A DNA stretch of 64,000 nucleotides from Phoronis australis. Lineage: Eukaryota > Animalia > Phoronida. A program made the translations under genes and the position numbers. Shown piece by piece: positions 25,801 through 40,800 of the stretch. The notes beneath the pieces were generated by a model, which was not told the DNA's origin, made no database searches, and was given only the letters and a program-made list of their open reading frames with translations. The first letter of the stretch is position 1, and every line of letters starts with the position of its first letter. The stretch spans positions 1 to 64,000 of the forward strand of contig NMRA01000160.1 of NCBI GenBank assembly GCA_002633005.1, given 5' to 3'.

Positions 25801-28800
25801 TCTGTCCTGTACAACTTTGAAAAAGACACTGAACTATGGAGAGTAGGTACAGCTAGATTATTAACTGATGTGTTCTTAGGAGGAAGGCCAGGCTGTGGAG
25901 ATGTCAGTGGTACGTAGTGGAGGCAGTCTTGTCTCTCGTCAAGTCGAGTATTTCATTGAGCCCAATGGCGAGGCGGAGTTCTACGGCAGTCGTGGAGTGC
26001 TGGAGTTTCTCCCAGGAGAGACGGTGAAAAAGAAAACAATTATGGCCCAGGATGACAATGTACCAGAGGTGAGTACAGGAAGCTGTTCAAGATATTCCTT
26101 CTGCTTCTTGTCAGTTGAAAACTAAAAAAAATCTGGCAGTAAACTAGTCTAGTTTAGACTTTTAACTAAACATATAATAAAATGTTCTCAAAATGACCAG
26201 GAAATCATTTTGTAATATCTGGTGGTACACCAACAAAATGGCCGCCACCGTTGAACAGCTCTGAACTTCACTTCATTGAATTGTCAATATAAGACATGAA
26301 TCACTGCAGTTCACAAAATGCTCTGCTGGACAGGTGAAAATACGGGAAAGAGTGTCTTTAATGCATTCCATGAGGCTAGTGTCTCACTGGTTTGGGGAGA
26401 TCTCACAAATCTGCAATATCTCACAAGGAGATTTTGCTAGATGTCACTCACCCCATATGCAGATTGATATTGGGTGACACTGGGTCGTGCGACTTCTGAC
26501 AATGCCAGCATTTCAATTATTTTAGTTCTGCTAGTATTGTAAGAATGAAAATGGTGATGGTGTTCATGCTGAAACCTTATTTTACGTTCACCTGTTGTTA
26601 AGTTTAAGGGAATCATTGACTACCTCAGATCATGTCTGTTAAGCTCCATGTGTTTACCACTATCTTTTGACTAGTAGAAGGTTAAAGTAAGTTCCATTGA
26701 TAAAACATAACGGTTAAGTGCATTAAATGGAATGTCTTTCGTAGAATATAACTTAAATTTACTGAGATGTACAGTCTTTAATTTTCAACTCTTATTTATG
26801 TTTGTCTAAACTGAAAAAATTCTTCAATATTGAACAATCAAATAATGCACCGTGTAAACGCTGATATAAAACTATTATTCACCCTTTCACTGTCAGCTCA
26901 CCGAAAGCTTCACCTTGATGATCAGAAGTTACGGCCAGTCCAGTGCTGTGATTGGACCACTGAACAAGATCAACATTACTGTGTTGCCGAGCAACGATCC
27001 CTATGGGGTCCTGACCTTTGACAGCAGCCAATTAATAACAACTATAGGTGAGGTGTTATTGTTGCTGACCAATGAATGGAGACTACAAAGTGGATTACAT
27101 GCGTGTATTGGCCACACTTTTTCGTGAATGATTCAGTCAGTACCACTTTCAAAGTTAGCAGATAACTTGTTTGGCCATTTCATTGCTCGCAATGACATCT
27201 CTAGCATAAGTTTTCAGAGAAAAACATCCAATCCGTGCAGTTTGCAACACGGAATAACTAGAACAAATAATGATCATTCTCTCCAAATTTCTTTCACACC
27301 AGGACAGGTACCCAAAGGTATTTTTCCGCAGGCAATTACAGACTGGTCTCCTACCCTGGTCTATTACAAACGTACTGTCAATAGAGCCCTTTGAGACACA
27401 GCTGCAGACTTCATGTTTGCCTGAAATTGTTAAGCACCCCTCTTCCATTTGTGTGATCATATCTTACTTTGGTGATTGCAAGGTCAAACCAGATATGTAT
27501 TGGTAATTTTTGAAAATTCTCTGAAATTAAAAAAAAATGCACGTATAGGTCCTGTGAAGGAAACAAACTTTTTGTAGGAAGATGTTTATGTTTTGACCAC
27601 AGTGTCATTTTGAAGGACAAACTTTGTGAACTTAAAACTGAAATTTTTGGCTAGATTCTGAACACAGAAATAGTCTATGAAATTAATTTAGTCCTCAGAG
27701 TAACTAGTAAAGTTTCAGTTTTCCAAGTCATTCGTTTTCCACACACTTTTCCCCTAAACATGAATGTTTAATATCAAATTAATTGGATAACACCTTGGTA
27801 TCCATTGCTATCATAGTAACAATATGAGCAGGTCCAAACCTTTCGCATCATTTATGACATAGGCTGTAGTCATTTGATGCTCAATAGGTGATGCCTATGA
27901 AGAGAGAGTCCTCTTAACATCTGTAATAAGTCGATGGAGAAGAGACAACAGTTCATTGGCATGGGGGTGTTCATGGAATAATGGTGAATAAATGTAATAT
28001 TAAATCAATGTGCATTTCTACTGGTAGGAACCTTGTAACACTAGCGCCACCTTTTGAATGTGTTTAGGAGAGACAAAGAATCAAAGTCAGAAGGTGACGG
28101 CAGTTCTGCGCCTGTTTCGACAACGTGGTACATTCGGCACGGTGACCGTTAACTGGGTCGTTACCCCATCCACCTCGCGAGACGTGACCCCTCTCAGTGG
28201 CACTGTCATATTTGGCAATGGTGACAGAGAAAAAAACATTGAAGTACACTCTACCCCTGATCAGGTACCTGTGGGATATGTATATTGTGACGTTTATGAC
28301 ATCATTTATTGTGTTTAAAACAATCACATCTTCTTGGTCACAGGTGTTCATTAGTACTAAAATCATCTTGCAATAATAAAGATTATGTAGGACCTAATTG
28401 ACGGGTCTGCATATATAGCCTAATATTCACAAAACTACTGATTTTAATGTGGTCAAAGTACATATTTTATTAAAGTAGATATCCTGTAGAATTTGTTTGT
28501 CTTATACCAGTCTGTTGTTAATTGGGTCATGTAACCATGTCTTTTGTAGTAAATTTTAATGAAAAAGAAAGGTACATCATTCCAGTATTGATAACAGTTT
28601 GATAAAAACATTCTAGATGATATCTCAAAAACGCTGTTTGTTTCTAAATTATCATTTCGTTTGTTTTATGCAAATCACAGAAGTCATATTTTTATATCCC
28701 CATGCGCATAAGAGCGATATTTCATAAACTGTTCCTAACAGCATTTTGGAGAATAGTGCACAAAGCATAGTATCGGCAAGTTTCATATGGATACAATTAG

Positions 28801-31800
28801 CTGTTTCTGTGATGTGTTCCGAAATTAGCCAAATTTGGACATTTTTCAAAGGTCCTACGTACCCTTGCATACAAGTTTAAAGGCAAAATCAAATGTTATT
28901 TAACAGCTCTCTGCATGTTTCGTAATTAATAACAATCGTTAGTGACCACGTATTACTTCATTGTTTTCTTTTTGAGTTTTTACTCCATTTTTAAATGGGA
29001 ATCCCATTCGCGAGAATAGTCTGCACGAGTTGGGGTTGGAGGCGGGGCTGTTTATGCGGACAAATGATTGTCTTGTGGGGTGGATTGATGGAGAAGAGTT
29101 TGCACCATAGAATCCTTTTCACACTACATCCCAGTTTGAAAACACCAGTTTCACCCATGACCATATTATGGGCAACAATTGGACAAGGACAGCCCAGTCA
29201 CCCTGTATTTTTCATTCATTCATTTAGGATTCGAAGTCTTACACTTTCCTATTTACTACCATTTCCTTCATTTGATGACACAATGTTCTTATCCTTTTTT
29301 TTGCATGAGAACATTTATTCATCCATAAGTAGCGTGAGACATATACTAAATTTGAAGGGAATATATTACACATTCATACACTCATTCACTCCGGGGGTCT
29401 AAATCTTAGTTGTAACCTCAGTCCATGAAACATAAGAACCATAGGAGATCATCTCTTATGAAATTCCAAAAGTTCACAATTTTTGGCAAAAATGTATTTT
29501 TCAATTTTGAAGTATTCATATATCTCTGCCTTGAGATGTTCAATACAGGGCAAGCGTTTTTCTAACCTACGACGATATATATGATATTTACCCAATATCA
29601 ACACTAGATTTATTACTTTTGATTCAGAATGCTTACCAAAAAGAATATGGATGATGGCAGGATTCAAAGTTATATTTACTTTTTGGTTGATCCATCGAAA
29701 TAATGCCGACCAAAAGGAACACACAACATGACATGACCAGTAGAGATGAATTAAGTCCTCTGGTTCCTTTTTACAAAAGGTGCACAACTGCGAGTTAGTA
29801 ACTCCAATTTTATGGAGAAAAGTGTTTGTACTTAAAATTCTATGGGTCAATCTAATTTCAAACCATTTTATTTTCGTATCAGATGTGAAGTCTACAGAGC
29901 AACAGTAGGTTTTTCTCCACCATTTATCAGATAATTGCAAATTTAACACCATCTCCCATTTTAACTCAAATTTTGGTTTTCTATATAGCTGATAAACTAA
30001 AGTATCATTTGTTTTTTATCCTAGCTTCCTGAGAATGCGGAGACCTTCTATGTGAACCTGACCACTGTCACAGGTGGGGCTCGCCTGGGCCAGTACACTG
30101 TCGCTACTGTGGTTGTCAAGAAGAACGATGATGCTATATACTTCAAAGGTACTTGTCAGTGTCCAACCATTCATTAGTCTGGCAAGGCCAAAAAAGAGCA
30201 ATTGGTTCTGATCTCTTGTTTTAGTTTGAAAATCTAGTTGGGGTGGTGTAGTATTTTCTTGTTCCTCAATTTTTCAGAAAAAAAAATTCGCCTGAGATGA
30301 GCAAAAATAATGCATTCTGTTCATTTTTACTCATTGCTTGGCAAATCGACGTATTTCAAAACATTACTTACCCTTGTCTATATGCTTTTGTGCAACTTTT
30401 CAAAAAAATATGAATGCTTAGCTGCAGACATTGATATGGGTGGTCCATTTGTTTTCTTAGTCGGCGAATGAGACGGGGCGAACACCAGAACCAAGTATGC
30501 TTTTTCGCCCTAACATGTTGTAACTGAACATTGAACCCTGTCAGATTTTGGCCATCATTAATTAGTAAAATGTGCGTCTGCAGAAATAATGCTTCCTGAA
30601 ATTCCACAGTACTGTGCCAAAGTTAATGGTATTTACCCATGATGCAATATTTCCAGCCTCATTTTCACGCTACTCATCGCTTACATTTTGTTTACTACTA
30701 CTCAATGTACCAAATTGCATTTGTTGTTTTTATGCGCCCACATATTTATATGTGGCCGCATTATGCCGTCATCTGCGTCCGTCCGTCCGAGCGGCATCCG
30801 TCCGGCGTGCGTCCGGCGTCCGCTGCTCTATCTCCGAGGTATTTTGCTCCACCTAGTGGCCATTTTTGCTGTTTTCAAATCTTGTTTTTGGCGTCCACCT
30901 CTGTATCAACCAAATCATTTGAAAATTGGCATATATGTTCTCAGTGTGAAGACGATCTTTGATGATGGTGACTGACTACTGTGGCACCTCCTAGAGGTAG
31001 TTTTGTTTTGCGCCCTTAGTTGTATCTCCTAAACCCACTGAAGGATCTGTACTAAATTTAGTAAGTGTATTTATATGAAGATAACAACAGACGACGACGA
31101 CGACTTTCAGGCAGATCCAAATGACACTGTGCCCACTAGTGGCAATTTCATTTTATTCTGTTTTCCTTTGTTTCTCTGAAGTTCCTTGACATATTTTTAC
31201 GAAATATGGCATGTTCCTGTTTTGGATGCATTGTATGTTTTTGCGCCATCTAGTGGCCATTTTTATGATACAAATAAATAACTCAAAAGCACACCATTTG
31301 CAATGCATTCGTGGGTGCATTCAACGCTCTGTGTTGCTCTTGTTTAATTTGCACTACTGACGACGGGAAATCCGATAAATTTGAAAAGAAAAATCATGGA
31401 TGCGCAATGTACCATTCTTTGTAATCATTAGTATGTCTAGTGGTTCTAACTGATATTATTGCTCATTCATTGGTTCACGTGCTTGGTTTTATTTCCAGCT
31501 CCTGCCATGGTAAAAGTTTCAGAAAGCAACGACGCCACACTCACAGTTGTAAGAAATGGCGACGCCAGCGCCGAGGCTCGAGTTTACTACAGCACTATAG
31601 ATGGCAGTGCCACTGCCCAGGACCGGGACTACATGGCAGTCTCAGACGGACTGATACAGTTCGCTGTGGGGGAGACGGAGAGAAACATTTCTATCACCAC
31701 CATGCAAGATAACGTGCCTGAGACTGACGAGATATTCATGGTACAGCTCTTCAATGCTGAAGGTAAAAACTGTCACAATGGTTGGTTCAGAAAATGTATT

Positions 31801-34800
31801 GTAAGAAAGGTTGGTTTTTCGTTTAGTTTTGATTTGCAATACCGTTTATGTCCTAAGAACTGCCTGGGCTCTCACAAATATTTTTGAAATGCGGGTTGAA
31901 TGCTTGCTTCCATAGTAGTTTAATTGCCATGGAACCCTCTCGTGGCCATGCATTAGACAAGTTGAGATGAACTTTCTTGTGCCCATTTAATTACAAGTTT
32001 TTGAACTCCGTACTGCCTCGGTTAAATATTTCATTGTGTTGTTTTAAGTTCCGTCCACATTGTGTTTGATAGAGCTTGTTCTACCTAAGTCTGATGACAC
32101 TGCAGAGAGGCTCTTGTTGGGGGAAGGGGTCTCTTGTTGGGAGCAGGGACTGATAATATTGAACAGGCCTTCATGCAGCGTGTGTCCTGGGCTTTCTAAA
32201 TGGACGCTCTAATCTGGAGGCCCTGGCAAGGACGCCCAATGTATCATTGGGATGCCCTGTCAATCAGAATTTCTCCTTTGGACACCCACATTGTAAGATT
32301 TCTAGGACAACCCAGTAAATGAAAGAGAGAAGTTGAGCCTTTCAACTCAGAAATAAATGTACAATGTATATAAAATGTATATAAAATGTTACATTGTTCA
32401 AACTATTTTCAAAGTATTTAGTAGACCTGTCAATCATAAGTACATGTTTGATTGCAAGAGTGTCTGCCATAGACATCTTAGCATCATTGCATTTTTCTTG
32501 TGTTGGTAACTGCAGCTTTGATGACTCATTGTACAGAATATAAAGTTAAGAAAGTATGATAAACTGTATAACAGTAATTTGCACTCATCGTTCAACCAAT
32601 ATCTGTAATATCTGTAATACCTGTTTGGTTAGCTATTTGGGTGTTTTCGTAAATTTAGACATAAAAGTCTTGATCCACACAGTTTTTTGTAGTAAAAAGA
32701 TCATTACAAGAGAGCTGTTTTTGCAAACTTACATGTAAAAGCCTTGTTCAACGCATTTTTTGTAAAAAACCTCTCTATGTGTGTGGGGGGAGGGGGGTTA
32801 CTGGTGAATGGTGGTGAGGAGTGGGGGTAATGCGTCGTCGAATCATGGACGCCCTGGAATATTGGGAACCCCATTTTGTACACCCCTATTTTCGAAATCC
32901 TGGATAAAGCCCTCATGTTAAATAGTACTTTATTTCATTTTTGTGATTTTTATTGTGTATTTTAATTTCTAACAGTACTTTAATTCGCAAGTTACAAAAA
33001 ATCGACAAACTCTCATATTCTTTTTTTTCACTGTCTATTATAGCTGTTTCAAACTGTAGTGCAGATTGTGATGTTTGACGTAGTGACCTACATATTGCAG
33101 GTGACGTGGTGGTACACGGGGCAATTAGTGCCACTGTCGTCATTATGGCAAACGATGACGCAAACGGTGTCTTCAGCTTCGGAAGGACCCAAGTGCAATC
33201 TACTGATGAGGGAGTACCAACGAACTTTGAGTGAGTTTATTGCTTTGGCCTCACTATATAAGGCCAAAAAAGCATATTTGGTGCTGGTTGGTACTGCTAC
33301 TCATTAAATGATTAGCACTCTAACGCCTGCCTGCATCAGTTTTAGGCAACTAAGGTTTCGTGTTTTTATTGAAAAGTGCACTGCGGCATGTAATCAAGGG
33401 TAAGCGCAGTATGAAATGCCGTGAGGAGAAAAAACGAGTCTCGGATCATTTGTGCTCATCTCGGGTGGATTAGCTTTTTTTGAAAAAGTGAGTAACTAAA
33501 AATGGTATGGCACCACCGACTCAATTTTCGAGGAAACGACAGACCAGAACCAACAAATCTTTTTGGGTGTAATTTACTGTTGTGGTGTTGTGCATTCATG
33601 GGGATGCCTCTAGTGATAAATCCTAACTGCTGATTAAAGCTTCTTACCCTTATAATACTGGTCTCCGCTTGTCCCTTGCTCTGTTTAGTTGTAATTACTG
33701 TACTTGGGTAGATGTGACAGTTAGTTATCGCTTGAGACACGGAGCAACAAGTTGGCTTGGCCAATCTTATAATTATTATTTTTAGAGCCTGGTCTTTAGC
33801 AGTAATAAGGTGTCAGCTCTTCCCAATCCATTAAATCAGCTCTTATCTAAGGAGCAAGATTTAACCAAATTTAAATCAAAATTTTTTTGATAGACGCATG
33901 TTTGTATTGCCTTCGAACCATCTATTCATGAGCGCACAATAACTCGCACACGGCACATTTTCCTCTGGTTACTTTTTCCTGTGAGCTGTGTGCAGTGCGA
34001 TAATTTGTACAGACTTTTATTTGGTGTAAACATTGCTTTATTCAGATATGAGATTAGGGGATCGTGTGTAAATTTGAAATGAGTTTTGAATAACATTCTC
34101 TTAATCTGAGTCTTTCTTCAACTCTAGCCCCAACTTATATATTTGCAGAGTTATACGTGAACGAGGGCGTTTTGGTGTGGTTAATGTTTACTGGGAGCTC
34201 CTAGACAATCGGACTATGACCAGGGTTACAGAAAACAAGGACTTCGCACATAGCACAGGTTTCATCACGTTCCAAGATGGTGTAGCTACCATGGATATTG
34301 TCGTCATGGCAGCCAAGGACAGTGAACCGGAGTATGCTGAGACATTCGTTCTGAGACTGTTTAATATCTCGGGTAAGTATTACGTGCCATGCGTAAGCGT
34401 TATGCTGTAGGTAACATTCGAATAAAATAACATCACCTGAAAAGCTATGTTGCTAGCCGTGTTGATCGGAAGAATAGTTTGTTTTTACATAGACTGTAAT
34501 CTTTCTTATGTCGAAAAGAATTACAAAAAGTGCTGCATTTTTTGCTTTTGAATGACTGATCACATGAATTTTGTTAAAATTCTAAAAAAATTCTTTACTT
34601 TTCTTTTCTGGTAGCCTCGTATTACTGATAGAGTCATAATATTCTGCATTGCCATCTTCAATTGAGACATTTGACATGCTGTGCAAGCAGTTGAAGAGCT
34701 TTTACCAAATATAAATTCTCAAGTCATAAATTTTTAATGCATAACCGTGAGGGAGTTATTAATGGTGTTATGTCATGGTTAATTTACAACCTAGTATTTT

Positions 34801-37800
34801 GTTGACTTCGCAAAAAGTGGCAATCAGTTCGTTGCCATTTATTAACATTTCCGTCCACTCTGCAGGTGGAGGGCCCAGTGGTCAGGAGGGTCAACTGGCT
34901 TCCACTCACCTGACCTCTACCCTTGTGGTCAAGGAGAACGATGACCCCTACGGTGTGTTTGCGTTCCCGGCCTCGTCTCGCCAGAAATCCGTCGCTGAAG
35001 ATTACTACCCCGGTGCTGAGAGCTCCACGTTGGCTAACTTCACCATTGAACGTATGATGGGATTGTTTGGGCAGGTTGAGGTATGCCTGGTCTCTCCATG
35101 GCCTTGTTTTCCATATCGTATAGGATACTGTGAATAACTGTTACAGTGAAGCTAAATTTGACCACGCTTAGCTCCTCATCTTCTTGATGAGTCGCCATTT
35201 TCAATTCGTCTAATTTTTAACTTGAAATCCTCTACACTTTTAACGACTATTGCTTCGTAAGCTTGAATAATGTTCTGTTTATATTTGAATAATGGTACAG
35301 TACTCTTAGTGTTATTGTTCATTTTTGTGAAATATATACTGCCTCGCACTAAGATTTCACTTCCACGTAGTTTGGTGTGGCGAACCTAAGAACTCCGTTT
35401 CACAAGCAGCAATAAGTGTCATATCTCATTCATAACAACTTGACAAGAACGGTTTTGTCAACGGTCGTGAGTCTGATCATAGCTGAGATGGTTGTAAGCA
35501 CGTTATTGCTGATGCAGCATTCCGTTTTTTTATGAAAGCAAAATGTTGGAACTGATCCTAAGTTCTTGATTTTTCATGGTTAAGACTTATTGATCGCATT
35601 CGTGAACCACATTAATGAACAGTGTGGAATTATTTTTGAAGTTACAATCATCTTAGCTGTGACAAGACCTTTGATAGAATGGATCCCAGGTCTTTAAGAA
35701 TACGGCTTCTTTGCTGAGGTTGGAATATGGCATTTTCTTCCATTTTTGTTTTTCAGGTACTTTGGGAAGTGTTCTCAGATGCTATCGCCGGCACCTTGCC
35801 CAGCATGATGGACTTACTGTTTCTGGCAGATGTGCCCAGTGGTAGCATAGTGAGTGGTGGGGGCCGAGAGGGTACCAACACCAGGGTGGTGGCCTTTGGA
35901 GGTAAGTAGGCTGTATGTGTGGGGGGTCCATTATATTTGGTGTTCTAGTTTGGTCTGAGTTGTGTTTTAGTGTATAATGCAGTGTTAGAATACAGTGTGT
36001 CTTGAAAGTGCCTCATAGCACTAATTAGGTATTGCAATGTCACAAATATCAAACTCACGATAGCGACCCCGTTAAAGCAAACAATGACCACCATTCCGTC
36101 TGTGACTTCATAATGACTGTCACTTAAAGTGTTATATCTCCGTAGTATCCACCTGATACGGTGAACCAAAATAGAGGTTTCAGTGATGGTGCTTCATGGT
36201 GTTTTTAGCCTACACCTTGGTGAACACCCATGTGCTATACTCATTTATTGTATTTTAAATGTAAGAATTGCATTGCACAATTTTAAATGTAGCCTACTGG
36301 AAACTTATTAATCACTGTGCGTTGCGAATGTTTTGAAAAATAAACAAGACTTGGTAACAGTTATTGTGCTATATATATACCAACTGTCTGATCTCAAGTT
36401 GAAATATGTATATAATGTATGTTCACTTGTCTTTTATTGTAGAAGCTTGTAAAAATGTCTGAGTTTAGACACATGTCTGCAAAACTTGGATTTTAACTTA
36501 ATCGTAAAAGCTGTAATTTATGATAGTGCGTCGTGCAAAAGTGGTTCATTCTAAAAACGATTTCTAACTTTTACAACGTATTGAAAAATAGTGCATGAAG
36601 CGTAGTCACGTGTCTGGAAGTTTCATATGAATCCCATCTGTTATTTCTGAAACGTGATGTTCTGAATTTGACCAAATTCGGAATTTTTCTGGGGTCCAGC
36701 ACAACGATAAAAATGTAATAAAAGCACTTTATGCCAGTTATCCATTTGTAATAAAGTGAATATTTTGCTATTTCTGTAGTTTTGTCTGTAAATTTTGCAT
36801 CGGAAGTATAAGTAGTTCCTGGTGAATGTGAGGTTCCATGCTTGTAGTTCCTGGTGAATGTGAGGTTCCATGCTTGTTATTGATTTTACAGCTCCCTTTA
36901 TTGTGCCAGCTGTTTATCAAACGCCCAAGTCTGACATCGAGAGTGGTTTTTCACTCTCCGCTCGTGTCAGCATACCTCACTCCACCAATGGGTTCGTCGT
37001 CGCCAAAACCAACGAGCAAGGAAGCGTAGTGTATTACGGGCTCAAGGTTGTCACGCAGAACGGCACAACACAGCTTGAGTTTCACTACGCAACTAACGGG
37101 GTTAGTTTCTGCTGGTAGTTCTTGCTTCAAAGTGGAAGTTGTTCAAAAGCAATACTGCTAATTTTAGGAGCTTGAAATTCTTATGTTTTGTTTTTGTGGT
37201 AATGGGCTTTTTGATGAAGAGTTTTATTGGTGAATGTATTTTGGTTTATATTGGTCATGATTTTCATAGAATTGGTGCCTCTTTGTTTTCTGAACATACA
37301 CTGGCTATGTTTTGAGGATAAGTAAAAAACGAAATGCAAAAACTGTTTGTTAGCTTTCGATTAAATTACAAAACTATCTCAATCCAACAAAAGAAAATAA
37401 AAATAAATAAATTTAATATTTAATTAGGAATGGATGTCTTCACATTATCCACAAGGGCATTCTCATTAGTAGCGTTCTTCTGTCAATACAATTCTTTTGT
37501 TGCACGCTGATATTTTTTCTCGTTATTAATAACCGCAATTCATTGCTGGTGAACTCTCGTCTTTTCTGACTCGTTAATCTCAGTTTTATTCACAGCTGAC
37601 AGGAGGCATGTTTTGTACCCGCTTAATGCTATGTAGCACATGCTTGGTATTTATGTGTCGAATCTTTTTACTCTATAACTGAGAACTTGTGTGGTTAATG
37701 AGGAAAGAATACGGCGCGTGAAAAAGATGGATATTTGTTGGGAAAGAAACGTTCAAGCTGTTAGTGAGATTGCCATTGCGGTCCGTGAGATAGATAGATC

Positions 37801-40800
37801 GTGTCTCCTTTGAAATCACAATCAACATTGTTCTTGCCAAAAATACCTCAAACACAACTCTCTTTTTATAGGGTTCTCAGGTGACTCAGAACACGGCTAC
37901 ATTTACCGTGAACCAGGACATATCTGGTGGACGGTGGTACCATCTGTTGGTGACTGTGGATGGCGGTTTCATTACGTTGTACCTCGATGGTAAGCAGCAG
38001 ACAAGGCAAAATGTGGCCGCTCAGCAGTCCAGTGTCACCGACGGAAACGGCCCCCTGATGGTGGGTGCAAAGGGAGTGGGCAACGGTCAGTTCACCGGCC
38101 GAATGCAGGACGTGCGAGTGTTCAGCAGGAAATTGGATGAAAAGTAAGTGCATAGGTGATGAGAGTATAATTTAAATCTTGTAGTGTTTCATCAAAAAGC
38201 GGTAACCGTATCTGCCGTTCAGTTACTTCAAATTAAGTCTCAAATAATGTTAACCAAAAATAGATGGAGTGTGGAAACATCTCCATAACCGTGCCTCTAA
38301 ATTGCAGCTACGTTTATTTAAACCCCATGTTCGAAGCAACAAACACTGAACCCTCAATAGAAATCCCCGTACTTTTGTCTCTAAACTTCACACGTGCGAT
38401 GACAACGCTTCATACCTGGTGATCAAGCTACGTTCCGAGTACCGTATTCGTCACCCAGACTTAGGAGTGATTAAATAATGTCCGTCATCTAAGTATTAAG
38501 TAGTTTTTTTCTCGTTTTAACATGATTGCTTGTGTATGGATTCAATAACTGCGTTATTGTTATCATATTATCGTTACCATTTTATCGTTATCATTTCATT
38601 GTTATCATTTTATTGTTATCCATTTTAGGGAAATAACTGAACTGTTCAGTGCGCCCTCCATTATGGATGTAACGCCAGTATCTGGCTACCTCACGTACGG
38701 CCCTGGTGCTCAGTATGGTAACGTGGTCATACGCAGCAAACAGGACACTGAAGTTGAAGGCAACGAAGTGTTCTCTGTCAAGCTCATCTCTGCAAAAGGT
38801 GGCGCCAGAGTCTCTGATAATGACGCGTCGGGGAAACTCACCGGTAGGGGAGATTGTTTTTATAGTAGCCTGCAGTTTTTAAGATGAAGTGTGGCTTTAT
38901 GGTGCATTTATGTGTAACACCTGATCAAAGGCTCACATGGTAAAAAACTGAGTTTATGAAAACCTAAGGTGCGATAAAAATTCTTCAGTTTGGGAAAGTG
39001 AAAATTCAGTTATTTTGCTTTGAGTTAAGAGCTTGCACCAAATTTTAGAAATAGGCAATTTTTTGTGGTCCCAAATTCAAGACTTGCAATCAGTGTTACA
39101 CGCTATTATAACACTTAAAAAGGTTGCGTTGGCAGCTAGGTGATTACAAAAGACAGTGTCTGAAATTTGAGAAGTATAATGGACGCCAAAATCGACTGTG
39201 TCCCAACCTGCAGAATTGACTTATAACAAGGAGTTAGAGTGACAGGTTAATTGACCAATTACAACACAGCATTCTTGACACACCTTCGTTAAATCCAAGT
39301 CGCCATTTTACCGCACAAACAACTCGTTGCCGGGCAAAAGTTATTGTTTGTTTGTCGACATTTCATAAGGGGTGAGCTTACGATAGGTCAATTGAGAAAA
39401 ATCAATTTCTGCTTGAATTTCTGTGTCCTCAATTTTAGAGACTTCCAAACTGAAGATTTTTTTACTCTTATATGCTTTATTTTAATTATGGTAATTCTTC
39501 GCTTATTTAGCACAGAATATGACCGACTAAAAGTCTAGTTTGTCAAATTTCTCTATGAAAATGTAGGTAAAGAAGAGAAATTTTGTCTATTACTAGTTAC
39601 AGTTTCTACAGTGACTGTTTAGATGCTGCAAAACAATGTTCGATAAAGTTTCCATTATTTGTAGCACAGTGATTGGCCTTTGAAAAATTGAAAAACAAAA
39701 ATTTTGGTTATCATTTTTATTCAGAATAAGCAGAGAATTGCTGTACCAGCAACTGTGTCATTGTGCGTGACGTGATACATGGTGTGACACATTTTGTTGC
39801 AGTCTTGAAGAGCGACAATGCCAATGGTCTGTTTGGCTTCAAGGGTCAATGTACCCCATCTCTAGCGACTGACGAGAGCTCCCTGATCAGATGTCCTGTC
39901 GGGCGTGACCGCGGTGACGACGGCACAGTCACAGTTGATTGGATCATTCACCAGGAGACCAATGGGACGTCATCGCCAGCCATGGAGGACTTTTCCAACT
40001 ACTCGGGCCAGCTCGTGTTTAAGAACGGGGACGAAGAACAGGTGCGTTAGATGTTTGAGAACATCTCAGTAGTGCAGCAATTGTAGTTTCTTTAATCATT
40101 GAGATTTTGGTCAAACTATCCTGCTGGGCTGTGGTATGGTCACATGAAGTTGACAGCCTGCAGTTGTCGCATCATATGCTGAGTCGTGGTTAGTGCTGCA
40201 TAGGTTTTGTCATTTCACCGTAATTTATTTCCACGATAGTATTGGATAATTTGTGCTGCATTTGGCCAATGCTTCATCCTATATGGAGAGTGTGTTGTTC
40301 TCGTACTATGTACGGTAGCTAAACCAGCATATTGCATGCATTTTAGAAATTTTCTGAAAATGTTGAAAATCATGTATCGAGAGACGAAAGTGGGGGCAAG
40401 AGGGGTTTTGTTGAATTGCAAATTTGGTATATTTTTGACGATGTCATTCATTATGCTCACACCCTGAATGTCATGCTTTTGTGTACAGTTAAAGTGCTGA
40501 ACACAAAATGCTGAGCATTATGGTTGTCAGTACAGGTCACAAAACTGAGGTATATCCAGCTGTACTTTGCCCTACATACTAAGTGTTTTTAGTTCGGGAC
40601 TTTACATTATGGCAAAATAACTTACGTCACTTAAAGCCATTGGCTTGTAATTATTTTCATCAACTCATTTGTAATGCTTATGATTTTAAGAATAATACCC
40701 AAGTCGTTCTTGATAAGTTATTTATAAAATTTTGCTTCTTATTTCAGACGATCAGTTTCCGAGTGAAGAACGATGACTTGCCTGAATTAATTGAGAAGTT

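Noticed and set aside
36813-36876. 32-bp tandem duplication creating an extra AG upstream of exon 24
   Set aside because: Weak polypyrimidine context and no evidence of use; ordinary slippage duplication
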